Part shown: in pieces, positions 49,999 to 58,751 of the stretch
Numbering within the stretch: position 1 is the first letter of the stretch
Layout of the letters: every line of letters starts with the position of its first letter
Source of the DNA: Bdellovibrionales bacterium
Lineage (GTDB): Bacteria; Bdellovibrionota; Bdellovibrionia; Bdellovibrionales; JAGQZY01
Direction of reading: 5' to 3'
NCBI GenBank assembly: GCA_041739665.1
Contig: JBGSNK010000101.1
Location: 3,310 to 67,309 of the forward strand
Length of the DNA stretch: 64,000 bases
Translations under genes and position numbers: made by a program
The notes under the pieces: generated by a model
Databases searched by the model: none
Told to the model about the DNA's origin: nothing
Seen by the model: only the letters and a program-made list of their open reading frames with translations

Positions 49999-52470
49999 CT
50001 AATCTGAATTGCGATGCTCTTGGTTAGGATCAAAACATGGTATTTCTAGCGTTGTGGCAGAGGGAGAGGGTGGGGGATTGTGAGGTTCTTTACTTTCACT
50101 GCTATCCGGACTTTGAGACTCTGTGTCTGGAGTGTTCATTAAACTCAGTAAGCTGTCGCGGAAGTAATACACAAAACCGTTCCAACCACTTTTACTTAAA
50201 ATGACGGGATAGGTTTGGGTAGACAGGGGCATTTTAATTCTTGAGCCATAGAGCAGAAAATGACCTTTTTGCTCTTGCACGACTGAGGGAGGGTCGAAAG
50301 TCTCTAGAACAACAAAATTTCTTTGTGTGTGAGCGCGAAGTCCAGCATAGCTAATCCCATAGTCGCCAAAGAGTCGGCTAGATAGCCTTAAAATAAAGTT
50401 AGCCGGCCCTTGGGAAAGTCCCTGCCCTTGGGCAAAAATTTCCACTAAGTTCTGGGTGGCTTTTCTGGAGAAATAAAATTTACTCTCATTAGGACGTGGT
50501 TTTAAACGAAACTCAAAGTCATACTCTTTAAGAAGAGTGCCAGAAAAGCTCACATCATGTAAATAGCCCGAAGCATGTCCCTGCATGCCACCAAAATTTG
50601 TAAATTCTCCGATGCGAGCAAGTTCTAAATTCTTCCAACTTGCGGAAATGAAAGTTGTCGGTGTTTCGCTAAGTAATTTGTCAATTTCAAACTCAGTAAT
50701 TTTGATCTGACCATCGAAAACGTTTAAGAGACCTTCACCCTTTGTATAGACATGATTATGGGCCAAGCGAAACTCTGGGTAAGTGAGCTCAAGAGTGCCA
50801 GGAGGACTTAAATCAGGGGAGATGCATATTTTTTGGCTTAAATCTTTCAACTCTACAGGCTCTAGTTCCAGTCCCGTTTCAAAACTATACTCCATTTGGG
50901 CTCCGAATCGGAGCATGGCTTTCAACGGGGAGAGCCTGAAATTTAAATTTTGAACACGAAATGGAATCGGGCTATCAGAAATAACATACTGATTGGCTTT
51001 ATGGCTGATCGGCAAATGCCATGGTCCCAAACTGGCGACCAGATTGAGCTGGCGAATGGAGGGCATCGAGATGTCTAAAGTCTGATTTTTATTGTCGTGA
51101 ACCCTCCACTTGATTGAAATATCACGACTGAGATGCCGGAGCTCATTATGTTGCAGCTGAAAATTGTCAAAATGTAAAGTGGTTCCCGAAAGAATATCTG
51201 CTCCTCTCGAGCTGTAGCCAATACGTGCATGAGCCTTAATTTTCCCCTGGATGTCCCAGCCAGCCAGAGTGACAGGCGGCAAAAAAGGTCGGATGTCAGA
51301 AACAGCAACTTCAGATTGAAGCAGAATAAGTTTTTCAACTTCAGGTTCTAAAAGGTCTTCGCCTTGGACATCAAAATTAAGAATAGTTTTTGGGACTTCC
51401 TTGTTTTTTTGATTGGGATGGGTCTGTAAAATCTGTAAATTAAACTTCTTCAATCCTAAAAAACTCTTTTCGTTTGGTTCGTTAAACACATCAAAATGGG
51501 TCGTATATTTTTCTATTTGTGGGTCTATGTATTCTTCGTTCCAAAGAACTTCAAGTTGTTGAGCGGTCAACAGGCCAGTCATCTTATTGGGAATAAATGG
51601 ATTCAGAGTTACGCTACTATGAATTTTTGCAAGTGCAATGGTGAGATTTTGATTGGGTATCTCTATTGTTGAAGAGAATAAATCAGCTTCAAAACGGGAC
51701 TCAGAATCTTCGATCTCGCAAAACGATGATGTTTTCCCTATCACCTCGGGTCGAGCATTAAAAATAAAATCAGGACTTTTATATTGGATGCTATTTCCAC
51801 TGAAATGGTAAGATAGATGGCAATCGTTATATTCTAGATGAACTTTAAAATCATCAACACTGATATGATTTGTTGGGTGATCCAGGCTCAATCTGTCTCC
51901 GAGTATCTTTGCTTGGGCAACAATTTTATTGTTCCTAAATTCGGATTCTCCATTGAGGACAAAGTTTTTTGATCGAAGTGGGAGTAGTGGAAGATGACTA
52001 AAGTTTATCTGAAAATTTATTTTTTTAATTTCATGGGATTTGTCTTTGATCGTGATTTGAACAGTTCCATCGGCAAACTTATGAATTTCACTTTGCCTAG
52101 CTCCAAATAATATTTCTGGTTTTGCTTGGATATGAAAGTCTTTATGTCTTTTGAAAAGGAGATTAAGTAAAGACTTACGCTCAAATCCAATAGGACCTTG
52201 AAGTCGAAAATGTCCAAAAGGTGTAGAGAGAGTGCTTTTAAGATGTAGGCCTTCACCACCAAGAATACCCTTAAGACTCCATTGAAGATCAAAACTCTGC
52301 AATTGGTAATTTTCTGGCAAATAAGTTGAGGCATAGTCTTTGAGAAGAGAGTTGCCGTACCCATGCAGCGTGTCTTTTTCCCATAAAACAAGAGCAAGCA
52401 AACTGAGTGAGATAAAGGTTACCAAAAGAAATGTATAAATGAAAAAAAATGTAAGCTTTTTAAGATTCAT
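49999..52470 (-). CDS. YdbH/AsmA-like intermembrane bridge protein
   Basis: N-terminal TM, long beta-rich body, VFDGQI..FGGMQG..SG..KFYFSRKA..NL C-terminal pattern; adjacent to the YdbL-like gene. Confidence 0.6.
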   Translation of the reverse strand: MNLKKLTFFFIYTFLLVTFISLSLLALVLWEKDTLHGYGNSLLKDYASTYLPENYQLQSFDLQWSLKGILGGEGLHLKSTLSTPFGHFRLQGPIGFERKSLLNLLFKRHKDFHIQAKPEILFGARQSEIHKFADGTVQITIKDKSHEIKKINFQINFSHLPLLPLRSKNFVLNGESEFRNNKIVAQAKILGDRLSLDHPTNHISVDDFKVHLEYNDCHLSYHFSGNSIQYKSPDFIFNARPEVIGKTSSFCEIEDSESRFEADLFSSTIEIPNQNLTIALAKIHSSVTLNPFIPNKMTGLLTAQQLEVLWNEEYIDPQIEKYTTHFDVFNEPNEKSFLGLKKFNLQILQTHPNQKNKEVPKTILNFDVQGEDLLEPEVEKLILLQSEVAVSDIRPFLPPVTLAGWDIQGKIKAHARIGYSSRGADILSGTTLHFDNFQLQHNELRHLSRDISIKWRVHDNKNQTLDISMPSIRQLNLVASLGPWHLPISHKANQYVISDSPIPFRVQNLNFRLSPLKAMLRFGAQMEYSFETGLELEPVELKDLSQKICISPDLSPPGTLELTYPEFRLAHNHVYTKGEGLLNVFDGQIKITEFEIDKLLSETPTTFISASWKNLELARIGEFTNFGGMQGHASGYLHDVSFSGTLLKEYDFEFRLKPRPNESKFYFSRKATQNLVEIFAQGQGLSQGPANFILRLSSRLFGDYGISYAGLRAHTQRNFVVLETFDPPSVVQEQKGHFLLYGSRIKMPLSTQTYPVILSKSGWNGFVYYFRDSLLSLMNTPDTESQSPDSSESKEPHNPPPSPSATTLEIPCFDPNQEHRNSD

Positions 52471-52533
52471 ATCCTTCTTAATTTGAAGCTGGAAAAGAGT
52501 GAGCCCGTATTTGTTCGTCTAAGATAGACAATA

Positions 52534-53736
52534 CTATTTATAATGAAAGCACCAAAGAGAAATATCATCCTGCAGTGGGGCACCTTCACAAAATTTAAAA
52601 AAATCTTCAAGAAGGAGATCGCGACTTTTTTGTATGGATTGTGTTTTTGCAAAGTGTTTGAGGAAACTATTGAGGATGCGCCGCAATCCATAGGCTTTTC
52701 CCTCGAGGTTGATATGTTCGTAAAGGCCATCACTGAAGCTCATGTAAAGGCTACCGGGTATCAGATCCCGTTCGGTGAACAGAAATTTGGGTTCATCAAT
52801 AATTCCGAGAGGATGAGAGCGCCCAAGGTCTATGGCCTTAAAGGATATCCACGATTGATCCTCAAGATTGTTGAGGTCAGATAGAATATAAACCGAAGAA
52901 TGGCTAGCCTGCCCAAGTCTATACTTATTTTTTTTAAGATCAAATTCAAGCAACTGAAAAGTTGACCAGTAGTGATTTTGTGCCACACTTTTGACGCATA
53001 GGTGAAGCTCTTCGATAGCCTTCTCAATACTTAAGGATTTTAGAACTTCTTGTCTTGAGACGGTGGACTTGATAGCACCGGTTATCATGGCTGGTCCTAC
53101 TCCGTGACCGGTGACATCACCTGACCAAATGCGCACATTGTCGTCATGCACTTTGTAATGAAGAAAATCACCCCCGCACTCAGCAGCTGATTTATAGTAG
53201 CAAGCCAAATCAAAGCCTGAGCTGCTGAAGTCGCTTTTTGGCATCATCAAACTTTGAATCTGTTGCGCGGATTCTATTTCTTTACTCATTCTTTCTTTTT
53301 CAAGAAGGGCCTTGCGCAGCTCCCCTAAATCTTGGCCGACAAGAGTAAAATAAGTCGTCTCCCCGCGGGTGATATCAAAATGTTTCCAGCTGGACAAGCT
53401 AACGGCATAAGGAGTTGATGGCTGGCCGAATTGGAGTTCGACTTCAAAGACTTTTCCGCTTTGAGTTTTTGAAAGTGAAATAATTTTTTTTAATTCAGTT
53501 ATGGAATCTTGGCTTATGGAGTCGTAAAGGTTAGGAGCGCTATCATGTCCGGCTTGTCCAACTGCTATTTTGAAATTATCATTGGCACGAAGAATACTTC
53601 CATTTTCCATCAATATAAGAAATATTCCAGGAAACAAGTCAATTGCCGATTCACTACGATTCTTAGATTTTTCGAGAAGCAAAAGAATCTCTTCAGTGGC
53701 CTTGAAGTTCTGCTGAATGTTCGAAGTTTTGCTCAT
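52534..53736 (-). CDS. PAS-like + SpoIIE/PP2C serine phosphatase (RsbU-like)
   Basis: EIESAQQIQ, GGDF, GDVTGHGV, FSDGLYE and DDIS metal-binding motifs; N-terminal PAS-like segment. Confidence 0.9.
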   Translation of the reverse strand: MSKTSNIQQNFKATEEILLLLEKSKNRSESAIDLFPGIFLILMENGSILRANDNFKIAVGQAGHDSAPNLYDSISQDSITELKKIISLSKTQSGKVFEVELQFGQPSTPYAVSLSSWKHFDITRGETTYFTLVGQDLGELRKALLEKERMSKEIESAQQIQSLMMPKSDFSSSGFDLACYYKSAAECGGDFLHYKVHDDNVRIWSGDVTGHGVGPAMITGAIKSTVSRQEVLKSLSIEKAIEELHLCVKSVAQNHYWSTFQLLEFDLKKNKYRLGQASHSSVYILSDLNNLEDQSWISFKAIDLGRSHPLGIIDEPKFLFTERDLIPGSLYMSFSDGLYEHINLEGKAYGLRRILNSFLKHFAKTQSIQKSRDLLLEDFFKFCEGAPLQDDISLWCFHYK

Positions 53737-54101
53737 AGAGAAAAGACCTTTTTAATTGCTTGCGCTAGGATTTCTTTTTTGTAAGGCTTGGTAATCCAGG
53801 CTCGAACGCCAAGAGCCTTCCCTTTTGTTTTCAATTCAATACTAGCATCAGTGGTGAGCATGAACACAAGACTTTTCTCTAATAGGTTCTTAGTTTTTGT
53901 TTGCTCTAAGACCTCAATTCCAGAAGCTCCGGGCATATTGACGTCTAAAATTATTAAGTTGTAAGTCTTACCGCTCGAAATTTTTTCAATAGCCTCGAGT
54001 CCATCACGTGCTTCATCAACTTGATAACCTTCCTCTTTAAGATCTGAAAGGAGAGTGCTGCGAAATGTTTCGGAATCATCGGCAATTAGAATTTTAATCA
54101 T
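53733..54101 (-). CDS. Single-domain CheY-like response regulator
   Basis: ILIADD, LIILDVNMP, MLTT and WITKP motifs. Confidence 0.93.
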   Translation of the reverse strand: MIKILIADDSETFRSTLLSDLKEEGYQVDEARDGLEAIEKISSGKTYNLIILDVNMPGASGIEVLEQTKTKNLLEKSLVFMLTTDASIELKTKGKALGVRAWITKPYKKEILAQAIKKVFSL

Positions 54102-54115
54102 TTGGCTTACTCCTG

Positions 54116-54679
54116 TTAAAAGAATTCAATTGAATTGTCATTGTCGTCATTGTCGTCACTTATTTCTAGTGCTTCCAGGTTAGCCCTGGATTCAATGGAG
54201 CTAGTGAAAATAAGATGGGATGTTTCCACTTCAAATCTCCACGACTGGGTAAACTGCTTGGGGTTGTTGGACTTGCTTGAGAACAAGTCATCGTATCCAC
54301 GCATACTTATTGGCAAACTTATGTCCGAGTAGATATTAGATTTATTAAGTACGCTCTTGATATGCCCTGCAGAGAGATTGGCAACCTCTTTGAACATATC
54401 AACGATCAGGTGTTCTTTTTCGCCGTCAGAAATTACATTTTTATAGATACGCTCGACGAGGGGAGCGGTCGTCTCCCAGTTAAAGAAAAACTTTAGGCTT
54501 TGATAAAAATTTGGACTGACAACTAAGATCATCACAAGATTTTTATAGCTGGGTTGAAAGTTTTTTTCCACAAAGTCCAGGACTAGAACATCCTGCGAAG
54601 AACAGTAGGTTTGTAGACGGCTGGCGGCTGTTCTTTGGCTTGTTTTGTGGAGATCTAGGACAAATTTTTCCGTTGTCAT
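54116..54679 (-). CDS. CheX-like phosphatase
   Basis: DMFKEVANLSAGHIK (ExxN..G) and DISLP motifs. Confidence 0.7.
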   Translation of the reverse strand: MTTEKFVLDLHKTSQRTAASRLQTYCSSQDVLVLDFVEKNFQPSYKNLVMILVVSPNFYQSLKFFFNWETTAPLVERIYKNVISDGEKEHLIVDMFKEVANLSAGHIKSVLNKSNIYSDISLPISMRGYDDLFSSKSNNPKQFTQSWRFEVETSHLIFTSSIESRANLEALEISDDNDDNDNSIEFF

Positions 54680-54790
54680 GGGCCTTAAGTTTGTATCGAG
54701 TTATAGATAAATTGATCTTAGCAGAAAATATGGCAAAATATAGAGACCACAGGACCAGTTTAAATGATTTAGAGAAGGGCAGCTATCTTA

Positions 54791-56728
54791 GTGATTACCA
54801 CTTCATCGGACATAAAGTCGACCTTTCTCAAAATATTTTATATTGGCACAGATGGCGATACGAGTGTTACCAGTCGTAGGATTACTATTTTTACCAATGT
54901 GATAGCATTTCTAGCTATCTTAATGGGTCTTTCCGTCTATACTAAGCTCGACCAATTTGGCGTTCCCTCTCAATTTGCTAGAATGTACTACATCCTGGCC
55001 GTCTTTGCCCTTACGGGCCTGTTTTTTACCTATTTGAAAAGGCTCATGTTGGGTCGTATATTTTTTCTTCTTTTAATGGCGGGTACAGGTCTTATCGCCG
55101 TTATGATTTTTGGCAAAAGTTTTAATGGCGACTTTGTCTTCTTCTTAGGAATCTTCTTTAGTGTTCTTGCCTTCTCAAGATACAAAACCTGGATACGTGT
55201 TCTGGCCGGGCTATTTGCTCTAATTTGGTTGCCGTTGACCGATATTTTGTCTCACCAAGGGATTTTTCCGGTTACAGATTTGCATTCTAAAAACTTTCCT
55301 GTCACCGTTTTAGTTACTGACTCCATCCTTTTCCCAGTTGTTATTCTTGTAATGCTCTGGATCGAAAAAACTATGGCGGACCGTCACGAAGCTGGTCTAG
55401 AGAAAGCATTAAGCCAGGTTGAGTATGAAAAGCAAAAGATAAAGCTGATTTTAGATAATATTGAGTTGGGTATTTTTATGACAGATGCACAACTTAAATT
55501 TGGAGATGAGCAATCACAATATTTGGGCAAGATTGTAGAAAAAGATGATCTTGCGGGAGAGGACATCATTGATATTATCTTTGCTAGTAGCGACTTGAGT
55601 GCTGAGGAGATAAGCACTCTTAAGGATACACTGTTTCTTTCAATTGGTGAGGACTCACTTAACTGGGAATTGAATTCTGGGCATTTGGTATCTGAAATGA
55701 AATTGCATATTCATGGACAGACCAAGTTCATCTCTCTAACTTGGAGTCCTGTTTTGGTAGGGGATCTGATTCAACAGGTTATTGTCACCCTTAAAGACAC
55801 CACTGCAGAGCGTGAGGCTTTGGCTCGTCTACGAGAAAGTGAAACCATCGTTAACTATGGTCGACAAGTTTTTGCTGCTGTTATTGAACACGGCACTCAA
55901 CCGGTCAAAGATTTTCTTAAACAGTTGTCACTGATCATTAATGAACAGTCGTTTCTTTTAGGCGACAATCCGAGAGATAAGAAAGTATTGCTCCGCAACA
56001 TTCACACCTTAAAAGGAGAAGCACGTTTGTTAGGTTTTGCAGATATCTCGAACCAACTTCATCTTCTCGAAGGTCGACTGACAGACCCTTCCTTTCAAGG
56101 GGATTGGTGGGATAATTGTGGTGAAGATATCCGCGTGGTTGTTTCGCAAATCAATTCGGCGAGCAATCGCATCTTTAGTGGTGTGAGTGGAAAAAGACGG
56201 AAATGGACCATTTTAAATCATTTGGCGAAAGTGAAAGAAGGACTCATTACATACTTGAACAGTACAAAATCTATTCTCGGAAGTTTTAGAATCGATGATC
56301 GCGTCCAAGATTGGCCGCAAGAGTACGTTAAAGTTGTTCAGGCGGTGACCCTTCACGGCGTCCAGAACGCTGTGGATCACGGATACGTTCTTCCCAAGCT
56401 TGATCGGGAAGTTGTTGTGCAGGTCAGTACCTTCATCGACAATGGTTACCTTATTATGATCGAAGACGAAGGCATAGGCATTGATGTTGAACTCATTCGA
56501 AAGAAGTTAGCCCAGTCTAGCGATCAGAATAAGAACATTTCAATCGAAGTTGCTTTATTTTCTGATTCCTTTACAACGGCGAAAGAGGTGTCTTTGACCA
56601 GTGGTCGCGGTGTGGGCCTAGCTGAAGTTAAAGGTCTGGTCGAGGGTTATGGTGGCAGTGTCTCACTGTCAAATAAAGAGACGGGTTCAGGGGCCCGACT
56701 TAAGGTCTGGTTACCCTCCGTATCATAG
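54791..56728 (+). CDS. Membrane-bound CheA-like (Hpt + HATPase) histidine kinase lacking a CheW domain
   Basis: About 6 TM segments, PAS-like ILDNIELGIF, Hpt IHTLKGEAR, N box QNAVDHG, G1 DEGIG, F/G2 box FTTAKEVSLTSGRGVGL. Confidence 0.88.
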   Translation: MITTSSDIKSTFLKIFYIGTDGDTSVTSRRITIFTNVIAFLAILMGLSVYTKLDQFGVPSQFARMYYILAVFALTGLFFTYLKRLMLGRIFFLLLMAGTGLIAVMIFGKSFNGDFVFFLGIFFSVLAFSRYKTWIRVLAGLFALIWLPLTDILSHQGIFPVTDLHSKNFPVTVLVTDSILFPVVILVMLWIEKTMADRHEAGLEKALSQVEYEKQKIKLILDNIELGIFMTDAQLKFGDEQSQYLGKIVEKDDLAGEDIIDIIFASSDLSAEEISTLKDTLFLSIGEDSLNWELNSGHLVSEMKLHIHGQTKFISLTWSPVLVGDLIQQVIVTLKDTTAEREALARLRESETIVNYGRQVFAAVIEHGTQPVKDFLKQLSLIINEQSFLLGDNPRDKKVLLRNIHTLKGEARLLGFADISNQLHLLEGRLTDPSFQGDWWDNCGEDIRVVVSQINSASNRIFSGVSGKRRKWTILNHLAKVKEGLITYLNSTKSILGSFRIDDRVQDWPQEYVKVVQAVTLHGVQNAVDHGYVLPKLDREVVVQVSTFIDNGYLIMIEDEGIGIDVELIRKKLAQSSDQNKNISIEVALFSDSFTTAKEVSLTSGRGVGLAEVKGLVEGYGGSVSLSNKETGSGARLKVWLPSVS

Positions 56729-56853
56729 CGAGAGAACGTAGCGCTTCGCAGAGCAATAGACAGGGAATTGTCATCTAAGTATTACACTTTTCAATAAAAC
56801 CTCTTACAATGAATGTTGAATTTTAAGTTTTTAGGTATTCCAACGGTGGTTAC

Positions 56854-57360
56854 ATGATTGATGTTTTTAGGTTTAAAACAGAAAGTCCCGGACAAGGCAT
56901 TTACATCTTCAGCTTTTCTGGGAACTTGGATGAACTTGCAAAACTTCCAAAATTGGAAGATCTTGTAAACGTTAAAAAAATCACCTTTGATTTCATGGGT
57001 CTCAAGTTTCTTAGTTCTGCCGGCATAAAAAGTTGGGTGATGATGATCGACAAGATTAAAGAAATTCCTGATATTGAGATTGAGTTTTCAAATTGCCCCA
57101 AGACAGTGATTGATTGTGTAAATTCTATTGAAGGTTTTTTGCCCGAAAAAGGTTTTGTCTCTTCGTTTAAGATTCCTTATTTTTGTGGGGAATGTGATCA
57201 AAGTTTTACTGTTCTTGAGCCCACAAATGCTGTGATTCCCCATTTGGATAAGTTTCTTAATAAGCAAATGACTTTCCCAGAACAAAACTGTCCGACCTGT
57301 AATAGCCGCACCGAGATCGAGTTGCCAGTGCCCCGTTTCCTTAAGTTTTTAAAGAAGTGA
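56854..57360 (+). CDS. STAS-like anti-anti-sigma protein with a C-terminal zinc ribbon
   Basis: FSGNLDE, DFMGLKFLSSAGI STAS motif; CGEC...CPTC. Confidence 0.7.
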   Translation: MIDVFRFKTESPGQGIYIFSFSGNLDELAKLPKLEDLVNVKKITFDFMGLKFLSSAGIKSWVMMIDKIKEIPDIEIEFSNCPKTVIDCVNSIEGFLPEKGFVSSFKIPYFCGECDQSFTVLEPTNAVIPHLDKFLNKQMTFPEQNCPTCNSRTEIELPVPRFLKFLKK

Positions 57361-57515
57361 TCTAAAATAGGCCTTCGCTACTTTTAAGATTGTGACAGGG
57401 TGAAGAAAATTATGTTGAAAATCAGTTCGGATCTGATCAAATCATTCACCAGCGATTTGAGTACCAACATTAATCCTGATTAGCTTTCATTTTAGAGTAG
57501 TGCTATATTTTAAAA

Positions 57516-58589
57516 ATGATAAAAACCGATACGACTTTGAAAACAAAAAATTTATATAGAGATTTAAAAACTCAAGTTTATAGCCGTTTGGGTGAGCGAG
57601 GCATACCCACCCGCCAGTCACGACGCATGCTTTTACAGGCCACCTTTTTATTTACTCTTTGGATTGTTAGCTATTTTGCTTTTCTTTATTGGGGGCAACA
57701 AAGTGAAGTTTATGCTTTGCTTCTCTCCCTTCCATGGGCTTTCGTGATGTTGGTCATTCAGCTAGCCGTCATGCACGATGGGAGTCATGGGGCCTCTAGT
57801 GAGTCTGCCTTGATGAATAAGGTTTTGACCGCGGCAATTTCTTTTATCGGTGGTAGCGCTTTATTATGGGAAAGCCAACACTGCCATGCCCATCATAGTT
57901 TTACAAACGTTCATAAAAAAGATCACGACATAGATACGGGTGGACTTTTGCGACTCCACTCTAGCCAAGAGCTTAGAGAGCACCATCGTTACCAACATAT
58001 TTATGCTTGGTTGCTCTACCCTTTGTTTGTCTTAAGTTGGATTTGGTGGGGCGACCTACGCGATATCATAAAAAACACATACTCTATCAGTCGCCAACGA
58101 ATGAAGCGGGTTATAGTTGAGTTTGTCATAGTTAAAATTTGGCATGTCCTTCTTTTTTTGGTGGTACCCACCCTTGTCTTTCAAAGTTTCGCACTAACCC
58201 TGGCCTGTTACTTGATAAGTTTTGGCTTGCTTGGTTTTTTTATGGTGGTAATTTTTCAGTTAGCTCATATGACAGGGGTTCAAAGTTTACCTGAGAACGA
58301 AAAGTCTTTAGGCGACGAATTTACTTTGCGACAAGTTTCAACTACCGTCAACTTTGCCACAGAAAATCGTTTTCTAACTTGGGTATTGGGCGGCTTAAAC
58401 TTCCAGATCGAGCACCACCTTTTTCCACAAATGAGCCATGTGAACTATCCGGTTATCCAACCGGTGGTCATTAAGTTTTGTATGGAGAAGGGGATACCAT
58501 ATTTTAATTATTCTAGTGTGATGGGGGCTGTCTTGGGACACCAAAATCATCTCAAAGAAATGGGGCGTCCCATTTTTAATGATAAATAA
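57516..58589 (+). CDS. Membrane fatty-acid (acyl-CoA) desaturase
   Basis: His boxes HDGSH, HCHAHH and QIEHHLFP; GGLNFQ. Confidence 0.93.
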   Translation: MIKTDTTLKTKNLYRDLKTQVYSRLGERGIPTRQSRRMLLQATFLFTLWIVSYFAFLYWGQQSEVYALLLSLPWAFVMLVIQLAVMHDGSHGASSESALMNKVLTAAISFIGGSALLWESQHCHAHHSFTNVHKKDHDIDTGGLLRLHSSQELREHHRYQHIYAWLLYPLFVLSWIWWGDLRDIIKNTYSISRQRMKRVIVEFVIVKIWHVLLFLVVPTLVFQSFALTLACYLISFGLLGFFMVVIFQLAHMTGVQSLPENEKSLGDEFTLRQVSTTVNFATENRFLTWVLGGLNFQIEHHLFPQMSHVNYPVIQPVVIKFCMEKGIPYFNYSSVMGAVLGHQNHLKEMGRPIFNDK

Positions 58590-58751
58590 AAAAACGAAAA
58601 ATACCGCACGACGTGCTACTTGATGAACGAGCTAAGATGCGAACGTCGAGACTCGTTGCTAATCCCCCAGGTGGCGGTATTAATCGTTCAATATTTACAT
58701 CGGTCACAAGGCTTGAAACTTAAGCCTTAGTTTACACTTCTAGACTTTGGT

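Noticed and set aside
52517-52529. Recurring GTCTA/TAGAC half-sites in intergenic regions (GTCTA-AGA-TAGAC here; variants near 10726, 49292 and 58741)
   Set aside because: Spacing and orientation are inconsistent; 5-mers cannot be separated from chance without a genome-wide count
58619-58665. Hammerhead ribozyme (TGATGA followed by a stem)
   Set aside because: Core is TTGATGA rather than CTGATGA, and the required GAAA after stem II is missing
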